NCBI GenBank assembly: GCA_030266105.1 | Contig: JAJDHH010000003.1 | Coordinates: 6,269-70,268 of the forward strand | DNA: 64,000 bases | Direction of reading: 5' to 3' | Source: Eubacteriales bacterium OttesenSCG-928-K08 | GTDB lineage: Bacteria > Bacillota > Clostridia > Christensenellales > CAG-138 | Part shown: one piece after another, positions 10,051 to 19,212 of the stretch | Layout: each line of letters begins with the position of its first letter | How positions within the stretch are numbered: position 1 is the first letter of the stretch | The notes under the pieces: model-generated | Databases searched by the model: none | What the model was told of the DNA's origin: nothing | What the model saw: the letters and a program-made list of their open reading frames with translations, nothing else | Program-made: the position numbers and the translations under genes

Positions 10051-11691
10051 ATGTGGGCATTACAAAAGGCATGGTACCGTACATTTCAGTTCGTTTTTAA
10101 TTATGGCGCACGTTGCCTTAACTGGCGTAAACCGCAGCGAGTGGAGGGCGCGGGCAGCATCCTGAAAATCCCGGAAATATGCGCAAAAGAAAATGTAAAA
10201 AAGCCAATGATCGTCACCGACCCGGGGCTTATGAAAGCGGGCGTTGCTCTAAAAGTCATGGCTGTGCTGCAGGACAATAAAATCCCTTTTGCGCTGTATG
10301 ATACTGTTGAGCCCAACCCATCAGTTGATACGGTTAACGCCATTCAAGCGCTTTACTTCAAAGAGGGCTGCGATGGTTTTATCGCCATTGGCGGCGGCTC
10401 TGCGATGGATGCCGCCAAGGCCGCAGGCGCGCGTGTGGTTTTCCCAAACCGCACGGTTAATCAAATGGGCGGGCTGCTGCGCGTGTGGAAAAAAATACCC
10501 ATGTTTATTGCCGTTCCAACAACCGCGGGCACAGGCTCGGAAACAACGATTGCCGCGCTTATCACCGACACAAAAACACACCATAAGTACGCGATTATGG
10601 ATTTGCACCTTATTCCGCGCTATGCCGTGCTCGATGCGCAGCTGACAATCGGCCTGCCACCGCACATAACCTCCACAACGGGCATGGATGCGCTTACGCA
10701 CGCAATCGAGGGTTTTCTTTGCTGGACTTATAGCACAAAAGAAAGCACGCGCTTTGCGATGGAGGCCACAAAGCTGATATTCGAAAACCTTGAGCTTGTT
10801 TATAAGGATGGCTCGAATGTCGAAGCCAGGCAGCAAATGCAAATTGCATCCTTTAAAGCAGGCTTTGCCTTTACACGTGCGGGTGTGGGGAACGTGCATG
10901 CAATCGCACACACGCTTGGCGGGCTATATGGCACGCCGCATGGCCTTGCCAATGCGGTTATTTTGCCTATCGTGCTGGAGGATTATGGCCCGGCGGTTTA
11001 CGAAAAGCTTGCGCAGTTAAGCGAGCTTACGGGCATTAAAACCGATGGCAGCGAGGAAGAAAAGGCCAAGGCGTTAATTAGGGAAATTTATGATATGAAC
11101 GCACGCATGGGCATACCCACAGGCTTTGACTTTATCCAGGATGAGGATGTCGAGCAGATGATCACCTGGGCGCTAAAGGAATGCAACCCGCTTTACCCCG
11201 TGCCTGTGCTCTATAATCGCGAACGCTACCGGCGGGTGATCAAAAAAATACGCACACAAAAGAAAATGACGATAGGCGCTTCCTGCACAGGCTGCACCGC
11301 TTGCGCGCGCCTGTGCCCGGTGAGCGCGATTTCGGGTGAGCGTGGAAGCCGCCATGTGATAAACGCGTGCAGATGCGTGGAGTGCGGCGTGTGCGGCCGC
11401 GCCTGCCCGCAGGGCTGCATTACGGATGGAAAAGGAAAAGAGATTGCAAAACTCGCGCGCACAATGTGGCCCAAGCCCCAAATCGATAAGGATGTTTGCA
11501 GCGCATGCGGCATTTGTGTGGATATCTGCACGGCGGGAGCGCTAAAGCTGTCGTTGCCTAAGTATCAGGGGGATATCGATGTGTCGGTTGAGCTTGATGA
11601 GCCCAAAAGCTGTATCGGCTGCTCAATGTGTGCGGATAATTGCCCAATCGGCGCAATTGTGATGGAAAAGGAAGAGGTGCAGGCTCTATGA
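10051..11691 (+). CDS. Iron-containing alcohol dehydrogenase fused to a C-terminal 4x[4Fe-4S] polyferredoxin
   Basis: GGGSAMD, PTTAGTGSE, GMDALTHA, NVHAIAH, HGLANA; then four CxxCxxCxxxC motifs. Confidence 0.9.
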   Translation: MWALQKAWYRTFQFVFNYGARCLNWRKPQRVEGAGSILKIPEICAKENVKKPMIVTDPGLMKAGVALKVMAVLQDNKIPFALYDTVEPNPSVDTVNAIQALYFKEGCDGFIAIGGGSAMDAAKAAGARVVFPNRTVNQMGGLLRVWKKIPMFIAVPTTAGTGSETTIAALITDTKTHHKYAIMDLHLIPRYAVLDAQLTIGLPPHITSTTGMDALTHAIEGFLCWTYSTKESTRFAMEATKLIFENLELVYKDGSNVEARQQMQIASFKAGFAFTRAGVGNVHAIAHTLGGLYGTPHGLANAVILPIVLEDYGPAVYEKLAQLSELTGIKTDGSEEEKAKALIREIYDMNARMGIPTGFDFIQDEDVEQMITWALKECNPLYPVPVLYNRERYRRVIKKIRTQKKMTIGASCTGCTACARLCPVSAISGERGSRHVINACRCVECGVCGRACPQGCITDGKGKEIAKLARTMWPKPQIDKDVCSACGICVDICTAGALKLSLPKYQGDIDVSVELDEPKSCIGCSMCADNCPIGAIVMEKEEVQAL

Positions 11692-13577
11692 TGCAAAACC
11701 CGCTGTATGTGCACTTGGATTTGGGCACAGGCATTGTTCGCCAAATTCCTATATCGGATGAATATTTCAAGAAATATATTGGCGGGAAAACGCTTGCGGC
11801 CCGCTTGCTTTTGGACATGACGCGCCCGGGCATAGATTCGCTCGACCCTGAATCGATGATTATTATTAACACAGGCCCGTTAAACGGCACCGGCGCGCCA
11901 TCCTCAAGCCGGTTTAACATTACATTCAAAAATGTGCTTAGCGGGGGGATCGCTTCATCCAACTGCGGCGGTCAGTTTGGCGTTATGCTGCGCCGTGCGG
12001 GTTATGAGGGCCTCATTTTGACAGGCAAGGCGCAAAACCCCAGCGTTGTTCAGGTTATCGATGGTGAGGTGACATTGGTCGATGCCGGCGAGCTTTGGGG
12101 TTTGGACATGGAAGAAACTCAGGAGAAGCTCCCGCATGCGTATGGCAAGCTGGTGATTGGCCCCGCGGGAGAAAACCTTGTGCGCTTTGCTTCAGCCGGT
12201 TCGGGTGAGCGTATGGCGGGGCGCTGCGGTTGTGGCGCGGTGCTCGGCAGCAAAAATGTTAAGGCAATCGTCGCCTATGGAACAAAGCGTCCCGAGGTGC
12301 ACGACCCGGTTAAGTTCAATAAATTTGTGCGCAAATGGGTAAAGTTTATTAAAAATCACCCGATGACAGGCGAGGCGCTGCCGCGCTATGGAAGCGCGGG
12401 GCTTGTGAGCAAAGCAAATGCCACACACGCGCTGCCTACGCGCAATTTTAAATACGGCCAATTCGAAAATGCGGATAAGGTGAGCGGTGAAATGCTAACC
12501 GAAACAAAGCTTACGCGCAACGGCAACTGCATCAGCTGCCCCATACGCTGCGAGCGCCGCGTGATGGTGAGGGGCAAGGAGGTTAAAGGCCCCGAATACG
12601 AGACTATGGGGTTTTTTGGCCCCAATATCGATTCGGATGATCTTGACGCAATCCTGGAGCTTAACTATGTTTGTGATACGTTGGGGATGGATACCATCTC
12701 CGCCGCTTCAACAATCGCGTTCGCGATGGAGCTTAAGGAAAACGGCATAGCCGACTTTGGCGTCGAGTTTGGCAAAACGGATAATCTTGCTGAAGTTTTG
12801 CACAAAATTGCTTTTCGCGAGGGTGAGTGCGCAGAGCTTGCAAACGGCTCGAAATGGTTAAGTGAAAAATATGGCGGCAAGGAGTATGCAATCCACGCAA
12901 AAGGCTTGGAGCTTGCATCCTATGAGCCGCGCCGCTCGGTGGGCATGGGCTTAGGCTACGCAACCGCAAACCGTGGCGGCTGCCACCTTAATGGCGGCTA
13001 TCTTGCGCTGCTCGAATCGGTCGGCGTGCTGTCGATGGATGCGCAGACCCCTAAAGGCAAGGCGGAGTTTACCGTGTTTATGCAGGATGCGCTGGAGGCT
13101 GTTTCTTCGGCGGGCTTCTGCCTGTTTTCAGCGCAAACATTCGTAACGGCGATATTCTTCAAGCTTGGGCCAGCGCATTGGTTCACACGCTTTGTCGGCA
13201 GGGCCGCCACAAGGGTTGGCGGCGCAGTAAGGCTGATGCTGCGCTCAACATCGCTGCTGCGCTTTAACTCTTTCTATTTGCTGCCCCATGCGGAGGCCAT
13301 AAGGCTTGCGACGGGATTTAAAATGTATACCGGGCAGTTTATTGATCTTGGCGAGCGCGCATTTAATCTTGAGCGGATGTATAATTTGCGCGAAGGATTA
13401 ACCAGCGCCGACGACACATTACCATCCCGCCTCACTAAAGATCCGCAGGATAAAAACAGGCCGGATACAGTTGTGTCGCTGGATGCTATGCTGCCGCGCT
13501 ATTATAAAACCCGGGGCTGGGATGAGCAGGGCAGGCCGACCGCAAAGCGGCTTAACCAGCTTAAGATCGAGGTGTGA
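11688..13577 (+). CDS. aor: Aldehyde:ferredoxin oxidoreductase (AOR/WOR family tungstopterin enzyme)
   Basis: YIGGKTLA, SNCGG, GRCGCGAVLGSK, CISCPIRC, GPEYET, DTIS, NRGGCH, YYKTRGWD. Confidence 0.92.
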   Translation: MMQNPLYVHLDLGTGIVRQIPISDEYFKKYIGGKTLAARLLLDMTRPGIDSLDPESMIIINTGPLNGTGAPSSSRFNITFKNVLSGGIASSNCGGQFGVMLRRAGYEGLILTGKAQNPSVVQVIDGEVTLVDAGELWGLDMEETQEKLPHAYGKLVIGPAGENLVRFASAGSGERMAGRCGCGAVLGSKNVKAIVAYGTKRPEVHDPVKFNKFVRKWVKFIKNHPMTGEALPRYGSAGLVSKANATHALPTRNFKYGQFENADKVSGEMLTETKLTRNGNCISCPIRCERRVMVRGKEVKGPEYETMGFFGPNIDSDDLDAILELNYVCDTLGMDTISAASTIAFAMELKENGIADFGVEFGKTDNLAEVLHKIAFREGECAELANGSKWLSEKYGGKEYAIHAKGLELASYEPRRSVGMGLGYATANRGGCHLNGGYLALLESVGVLSMDAQTPKGKAEFTVFMQDALEAVSSAGFCLFSAQTFVTAIFFKLGPAHWFTRFVGRAATRVGGAVRLMLRSTSLLRFNSFYLLPHAEAIRLATGFKMYTGQFIDLGERAFNLERMYNLREGLTSADDTLPSRLTKDPQDKNRPDTVVSLDAMLPRYYKTRGWDEQGRPTAKRLNQLKIEV

Positions 13578-13578
13578 C

Positions 13579-13827
13579 ATGGTTTTTGTTAAATATCGCG
13601 CCACTTTGGCAGAGTTAACCGGCAAACGCGAGGAGCGGATTGAGGCGCAAAGTATTAAGGATGTTTTGCGTTATATAAATGCGCAATATGGAAAGCAAAC
13701 CGAAAAGGAAGCAAAACGTATGCTTATAACCGTGGATAGCGAAAGCATTCTTTTGCGCGATGGTTTTAAAACTAGGCTGAACGAAGACTCCGTAGTGGGG
13801 TTTTTTCCGATAAGCGGCGGCGGATGA
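13579..13827 (+). CDS. MoaD/ThiS family sulfur carrier
   Basis: 82 aa beta-grasp ending FPISGGG; follows aor. Confidence 0.85.
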   Translation: MVFVKYRATLAELTGKREERIEAQSIKDVLRYINAQYGKQTEKEAKRMLITVDSESILLRDGFKTRLNEDSVVGFFPISGGG

Positions 13828-13846
13828 AATTTTGCCGGGCATTTAG

Positions 13847-14599
13847 CTAAAGCGGCGCAAGGCCCAGCTTCCACGTGCGCTTCATGAGCAAAAGCCCGAT
13901 AATTCCCGCGCCAAGCACAATGGCAAAAAAGAGCAGCGTGTGTATTGTTGGCGGAAAAACCTTATCAATAAGCATTGCGCGCGAGCATTCGGCAACATAA
14001 TAAAGCGGGTTCAGGCGCATTAAAAAAAGCAGCATTGATGAGCTGCTCGTAAAGGGCCAGGCTATAGGTGCCGTCCAAAAAATAAAGGGCAGAGCTATGC
14101 GCAGGCCGTTTTGCGTGGAATTTCCGGCTATTGGCAAAAACGCGCAAATGAAAAGCCCCTGGCCAGCTGCGCTTAATATGTTGCACAAAATAATATAGGG
14201 CAAAAATTTAAGCCCCTGCATGGGCATGCTGTAAAAAAGCGAAGCCACCAAACAAACGCACATCCAAACAAGCAGCGTGGGCAGTGCGCTTATAGCAAGG
14301 CCCGGCGCAAGCGAGATGGGGCTGTTGCGGTTAAGATACGCGCGGAATGCGCCCGGCTGGCCGGGCAGCTTGTGGAGTATTTCACTAAAATAAAACCACG
14401 GCGCTATCCCATAAAGCAAAAATAAGGGATATGGAAAGTAACCCGTGTCCACCCGCCCGTTAAGCGCAAAAATCAGCGCCGCACAAAAAATAGCCTGCTC
14501 AAGCAGCTGCTCAAGTCGCTCGCTTATGGAGGCGTTCCACCACATATAATATGCAAACGTAAGCATGCGGGGCATGCGAAATCTCCTTTCAAGCTTCAT
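13847..14599 (-). CDS. ABC-2 type permease (TagG/Wzm-like), no ATPase partner nearby
   Basis: YPLFLLYGIAPWFYFSE, FWTAPIAWP, LNPLYY..E..R motifs; about 6 TM segments. Confidence 0.65.
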   Translation of the reverse strand: MKLERRFRMPRMLTFAYYMWWNASISERLEQLLEQAIFCAALIFALNGRVDTGYFPYPLFLLYGIAPWFYFSEILHKLPGQPGAFRAYLNRNSPISLAPGLAISALPTLLVWMCVCLVASLFYSMPMQGLKFLPYIILCNILSAAGQGLFICAFLPIAGNSTQNGLRIALPFIFWTAPIAWPFTSSSSMLLFLMRLNPLYYVAECSRAMLIDKVFPPTIHTLLFFAIVLGAGIIGLLLMKRTWKLGLAPL

Positions 14600-14607
14600 T
14601 AAAAATA

Positions 14608-14648
14608 AAAAAACCTCCCGCCTAGCTTGTGCTTTGAGCGGGAAGTTA
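14608..14648 (-). terminator. Intrinsic terminator of xpt
   Basis: Minus strand TCCCGC...GCGGGAGG followed by a T tract. Confidence 0.6.
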
Positions 14649-14682
14649 TGCTTACAAAAGTTATGTTAAACAAAAGAAATGG

Positions 14683-15261
14683 TTATTCTTCATCCCTGAA
14701 ACGAATATGCTCGGGCGTTGCTTCCTCAACGATAGCAAGCGATTTCAGGTTTACGCCCTGCTCTCTAAGCTTTGCGCCGCCCTGCTGGAAACCTTTTTCC
14801 ACTGCGACGCCAACGCCCGCGAGGCTTGCGCCAGATTGAGTGACAATTTCAATGAGCCCGCGCAACGCCTCGCCATTCGCGAGAAAATCATCCACAATAA
14901 GCACATTGTCATTTTCGCAGAGCCACTGCTTGCTTAGCAATAAAGTCACTTTTTTCTTGTATGTGTAGGAATAAATGTCGCTTTTGAAAAGCCCGCCTTC
15001 GATATTATCACTTTTTGCTTTTTTGGCGAAAACAAGCGGCACATTAAACTCAAGCGCCGTAATTGCGCCAAGCGCTATGCCCGAGGCCTCAACAGTTAAA
15101 ATTTTTGTTATGTCCTCCTGCGGGAAAAGGCGGCGGAACTCCCTGGCGATCTCCCTCATGAGTGAAATATCAACCTGATGGTTCAAAAAGCCGTCGATTT
15201 TGATTATGTTGCCCGGAAGCACTTTGCCTTCCTTGCGAATTCGTTCCTGTAGCAGCCGCAT
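14683..15261 (-). CDS. xpt: Xanthine phosphoribosyltransferase
   Basis: KIDGFLNHQVD, LTVEASGI, IVDDFLANG, VEKGFQ. Confidence 0.95.
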   Translation of the reverse strand: MRLLQERIRKEGKVLPGNIIKIDGFLNHQVDISLMREIAREFRRLFPQEDITKILTVEASGIALGAITALEFNVPLVFAKKAKSDNIEGGLFKSDIYSYTYKKKVTLLLSKQWLCENDNVLIVDDFLANGEALRGLIEIVTQSGASLAGVGVAVEKGFQQGGAKLREQGVNLKSLAIVEEATPEHIRFRDEE

Positions 15262-15352
15262 GAAAATACCTCATATATAATTGTAATAGATACATTATGG
15301 AACAACTTTACGCATAAAGCAACATTTTTGAGCTCAATCATTTGCTGGGGGC

Positions 15353-15381
15353 TTGAAGGCGAGGGCAATGTTTCTTATAAT
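15353..15381 (+). promoter_or_regulatory. sigmaA promoter of rex
   Basis: TTGAAG-17-TATAAT. Confidence 0.7.
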
Positions 15382-15419
15382 ATACATTAAGAGGGGAATT
15401 AAGTTGGGAGGAAATTAGA

Positions 15420-16052
15420 TTGATGAATGGTCGTAAGGTATCAGAGGCAGTTGTAAGGCGACTTCCGCGTTACTATAGGCGTTTGGAGCTGCTCAAGCGA
15501 AAGGGTGTGGAGCGCATCTCCTCAAGCGAGCTTGCGCAGCAAATGAACCTTAACCCTTCGCAGGTGCGGCAGGATTTGAACTGTTTTGGCGGTTTTGGTC
15601 AGCAGGGTTATGGCTATCATGTCAGCACGCTTTTTGATGAGATTGCCAATATACTTGGCCTCACTCAGCAATACAAGCTTGTGATTGTCGGCGCGGGGAA
15701 TATTGGCCAGGCGCTTGTGCAGTACGAGGGTTTCAGGCAGCAGGGCTTTATGGTTGTGGCGCTGTTTGATGTTAATGAAAAAATTGTTGGCAGCGAAATT
15801 GCGGGCCTGCCCGTGCTGCATGTGGATGAGCTAAAGCAATTTATCGAAGAGAACAATGTCGATATTGGCATCATTGCCGCGCGCAGGTCCGCCGCACAAG
15901 ATATTGCGGACACAATGGCGGATGCGGGAATACGAGGCATATGGAATTTTGTGCCGACGGATGTTACCGCAGACGTACCGCTTGAAAATGTGCATTTGAG
16001 CGACAGCATGCTGGTATTATCCTATCGCCTTAACGAGCAGGGCGAAAAATAG
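15420..16052 (+). CDS. rex: Redox-sensing repressor Rex
   Basis: RRLPRYYR, QVRQDLNCFGGFGQQGYGY, GAGNIG, IWNFVP. Confidence 0.96.
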   Translation: MMNGRKVSEAVVRRLPRYYRRLELLKRKGVERISSSELAQQMNLNPSQVRQDLNCFGGFGQQGYGYHVSTLFDEIANILGLTQQYKLVIVGAGNIGQALVQYEGFRQQGFMVVALFDVNEKIVGSEIAGLPVLHVDELKQFIEENNVDIGIIAARRSAAQDIADTMADAGIRGIWNFVPTDVTADVPLENVHLSDSMLVLSYRLNEQGEK

Positions 16053-16120
16053 TTTATTCGTGCAACAAAAGTGCGAGTTTAGAGTTGCGCGGGCAAGCGT
16101 AAAACCGTATACTGTTTTTA

Positions 16121-16238
16121 GCAGAGTAAGCTGCATGCGTAAGCCATTTTAATGGCTTGGGCCGCACGGGGATGGGAAGTTGCCCCGGCGGGAAGAGGCA
16201 AGTGTCTTTTGCCCACGATGTGCTGCTGCGTCCGCTGC
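16121..16238 (+). ncRNA. THF (tetrahydrofolate) riboswitch
   Basis: GCAGAGTAAG...GCGT, CGGGGATGGGAAGTTGCCCCG, ...CGTCCGCTGC match the THF aptamer; followed by a terminator-like GGGCGTTATTTTTTT; upstream of folT. Confidence 0.88.
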
Positions 16239-16347
16239 GCAATACGCCCTTGGCTGATTATGGTGCACTTTTAAAGTGCATGGCTTTAGGCATTTGCGCC
16301 CAACAATTCCCGGGCGTTATTTTTTTGCCGCCCGGATGGGAGGCGAC

Positions 16348-16890
16348 ATGATGCGTGTTCAATTTCAAACAAAACGGATTGTAGTTTGCGGCCTGCTGTG
16401 CGCAATTGGTGTTGTGCTTGGCGGGCTGCTTAGCGTTCCGGCATTTCCGCTTGGAGTGTATTCAGTAAAAATCAGCCTTGCTAACCTGCCGGTTATTCTT
16501 TCGGGCGTGCTGTTTGGGCCTTTATATGGTGCGATCGTTGGGGGGCTGACGGACTTTTTGCAGGCGCTTTTGTTCCCAAAAGGTGCGTTTGTGCCGTGGT
16601 TTACGCTTGTCAGCACATTATTTGGGCTTATCCCGGGTCTGTTTTTTCGTCATGGCGAAAAGGTTACATTCCCGCGCCTGGCGGCAGCCGTTGTAAGTGG
16701 GCAGGTGGTAGGCTCGCTTTTGCTCAACACACTTTTGATGGTTTGGCTTTATGGCCTTCCTTTTTGGTCGCTTTTACCCACAAGGCTTATCAACCAATCC
16801 ATCATGATTCCGTTGTTTGTGGTGATAATTTACCTTCTTGTGCCGTTATTGGAACGGCATGGCGTTCGTTTTCCAAGGCAGGAACATTAA
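16348..16890 (+). CDS. folT: Folate ECF transporter S component
   Basis: S-component pattern (LFGPLYGAIVGGLTD, GAFVPWFTL, LLNTLLM..LYG); THF riboswitch upstream. Confidence 0.88.
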   Translation: MMRVQFQTKRIVVCGLLCAIGVVLGGLLSVPAFPLGVYSVKISLANLPVILSGVLFGPLYGAIVGGLTDFLQALLFPKGAFVPWFTLVSTLFGLIPGLFFRHGEKVTFPRLAAAVVSGQVVGSLLLNTLLMVWLYGLPFWSLLPTRLINQSIMIPLFVVIIYLLVPLLERHGVRFPRQEH

Positions 16891-16909
16891 AAAGGGCAGC
16901 GAGCTTTGC

Positions 16910-16939
16910 TTGACGCACATTGCTTTGCAACAGTATACT
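16910..16939 (+). promoter_or_regulatory. sigmaA promoter of the FtsA-like/cheW/mnmE unit
   Basis: TTGACG-18-TATACT. Confidence 0.6.
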
Positions 16940-17075
16940 ACATATAGATCGTTAAGTGGTTTCACCACTGTTTTTGAAGTTAACCACATGAAAAAGCAAG
17001 GGGCTTGTGATCCCTTGATAATCCATAAAGAAAAGCCGCCTAAAGTATGCGTGGCTTGGCTGTTTGGAGCACGGG

Positions 17076-19199
17076 ATGGAGCAGGGCAAACAAAATAAAA
17101 ATGTATCGGTGAGCCAGGAAAACCGGCCGCCGCAAGAAAACATGCCTGCGCGGGCTATGCAAACGCAGGATATTGTATTTGCCCTGGATATTGGCACACG
17201 TACCGTTGTTGGTGTGGTTGGCAAGTGGGAGCAGCAGCGCTTCCGCGTAATTGCTTTTGAGCAGATGGAGCATCTTGGCCGTGCCATGGTGGATGGCCAG
17301 GTGGAGGACATAAAGCAGGTTGGTTCGCTCATACTTGCCGTTAAGCAAGCGCTTGAGGATCGGCTGAATATCAAGCTTACCCGTGTGGCAGTTGCCGCAG
17401 CGGGAAGAATGTTAAAAACCGTGCGCGCACGCGCCGAGCGTTTGATCGAACCACGCGCTGTTGCCAACCGCGAGCTTGTGGTGGGGCTTGAGGGCGAAGC
17501 TATTGAGCGCGCGCAGGCCATTATTTTGGAGGAGAACAAAAACGCGATGCTGTCGGGCGGGTTTTATTGCGCCGGATACAGCATCGTTCGCTATGAGCTC
17601 GATGGTCGGCCGATCTCAAATGTATTGGGTCATTTTTGTTCACAGGCGGCAGTGGAGTTAATAGCGGCGTTTTTGCCAAACAGTGTTGTTGAAGGTTTAT
17701 ATGCCGCGGTGGATGCCGCGCAGCTGGAAATTGTCAGCTTAACGCTTGAACCAATTGCCGCCATGAATGTGTTAATCCCGCAGGAGCTGCGCCTTTTGAA
17801 TTTGGCGCTTGTGGATATTGGCGCTGGAACATCGGATATTGCAGTGTGCCGCGAGGGTTCCGTCTATTCCTATGAAATGGCGACTATCGCGGGCGATGAA
17901 CTGACCGAGGCTATTATTCAAAAACTTCTTGTGGATTTTGAAACGGCCGAGCGGATTAAACGCACGCTAAACGAAAACAGTCAAGAGGATATCTCCTACA
18001 CTAACATACTGGGCCTGGAGCTTAACGTGCCGCGCGTGGAGGTTATGGAGGTTGTGCGCCCGGCTATGGAAAGGCTTGCGGACACAGTTTCTGAAAAAAT
18101 TCGCGCTTGCAATGGCGAGCCGCCCGCTGCCGTGTTTTTGATTGGCGGCGGCAGCCAAATTCCGGGTCTTGCGGAGCTGCTGGCCGAGCGTTTGCCGCTT
18201 GATTTAGCTAAAATTGCTGTGGGCGCGCGCCGCAGCCTCAAGAATGTCGATTTTGAAAAGTTTGAGCGGCTTAGCGGGCCGGAGTTTGTAACACCCTTAG
18301 GCATCGCGGTCACCGCACTTACTCAGGCGAGCTATCACTTTTTTGGCGTGAAGGTGAACGGCAAAAGCGTGCGCCTTCTTAGCACAAGCGTGATGCGCTG
18401 CATCGATGTGCTGATTATGGCAGGCTATCGCACCACGCAAGTGATCGGCCAATCCGGTCGCAACCTGATTTTCAACTATAATGGAAAACGTATGCTTGTA
18501 AAAGGCGGCCTACCAAAGCACGCTGAGCTTCGCTGCAATGGAAAACCGGCAAATATAGATACGGGCGTGCGCCCGGGCGATATGATCGAAATCAGTCCCG
18601 CGCAAAATGGCGCGCCTGCTCACGCAACGATACGCAGCGCGGCGATGCAGGCGGGGGATTGGAAGGAAGCCCAAAATGGGAGCGTAAAATTCCAGGGTGA
18701 AAAATATGCGCTTGGTTTAAACGCAAAAGCGAATGGAAAAAGCGTAAATGCGGATTATATTATTGGGCAGCAGGATGATATTGAGGTTGATTTTTTGCTG
18801 ACTGGAGGCGATATTTGCCGTGCGTATGGCCTGCCCCGTCAGGGTAAACAACTGTTGGCATCGCTTGCAGGTGGGGAGGCAAGGCCAATTAGCTTCATAA
18901 CGCCATTACAAAACGGCATGGAACTTTTTATGGTTGATGAAGATGATGCTCAAAATCAGCAAGCCAGCTTTGAAAAAAAAGCGGACAAACCCGGCGTTGA
19001 GGTGCTGCTTAACGGAAAACCCTGCAAGGTTGCGCAAGGGGAAGAAGGCGCGCAGGTTATGCATGTGCTTGAGCATGCGGGCATCGATCTAGAGGCGCCG
19101 CAGGGGATCATACAAATACTGGTCAACGGTGAAGAAAGCGGCTTTATGCGCGAGCTTCACGAGGGTGATGTTGTTAATGTTGGCTGGAAGCCGCGTTAG
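17076..19199 (+). CDS. FtsA/PilM-like actin-fold ATPase with C-terminal beta-grasp (ThiS/ubiquitin-like) repeats
   Basis: ALDIGTRTV, LEPIAA, DIGAGTSD, AERIK, GGGSQ, TPLGIA; about 290 aa tail with repeated V/LNG...GD.I.I units; start uncertain. Confidence 0.8.
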   Translation: MEQGKQNKNVSVSQENRPPQENMPARAMQTQDIVFALDIGTRTVVGVVGKWEQQRFRVIAFEQMEHLGRAMVDGQVEDIKQVGSLILAVKQALEDRLNIKLTRVAVAAAGRMLKTVRARAERLIEPRAVANRELVVGLEGEAIERAQAIILEENKNAMLSGGFYCAGYSIVRYELDGRPISNVLGHFCSQAAVELIAAFLPNSVVEGLYAAVDAAQLEIVSLTLEPIAAMNVLIPQELRLLNLALVDIGAGTSDIAVCREGSVYSYEMATIAGDELTEAIIQKLLVDFETAERIKRTLNENSQEDISYTNILGLELNVPRVEVMEVVRPAMERLADTVSEKIRACNGEPPAAVFLIGGGSQIPGLAELLAERLPLDLAKIAVGARRSLKNVDFEKFERLSGPEFVTPLGIAVTALTQASYHFFGVKVNGKSVRLLSTSVMRCIDVLIMAGYRTTQVIGQSGRNLIFNYNGKRMLVKGGLPKHAELRCNGKPANIDTGVRPGDMIEISPAQNGAPAHATIRSAAMQAGDWKEAQNGSVKFQGEKYALGLNAKANGKSVNADYIIGQQDDIEVDFLLTGGDICRAYGLPRQGKQLLASLAGGEARPISFITPLQNGMELFMVDEDDAQNQQASFEKKADKPGVEVLLNGKPCKVAQGEEGAQVMHVLEHAGIDLEAPQGIIQILVNGEESGFMRELHEGDVVNVGWKPR

Positions 19200-19212
19200 G
19201 AGGATGGATTGC

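Noticed and set aside
10051-13827. Selenocysteine read-through at the TGA stops of the redox genes
   Set aside because: The stops coincide with normal family C-termini or ATGA coupling, and no catalytic Cys position is replaced by TGA.
15262-15419. Purine riboswitch expected upstream of xpt
   Set aside because: No aptamer consensus, and the apparent promoter (TTGCTT-17-CATAAT, minus strand) leaves only a short leader.
16988-17098. Small ORF MKKQGACD... in the FtsA-like leader
   Set aside because: No RBS, overlaps the main start region, no recognisable features.
17076-19199. Canonical ftsA
   Set aside because: No ftsZ or dcw context, about 290 aa extra tail, and no terminal amphipathic helix.
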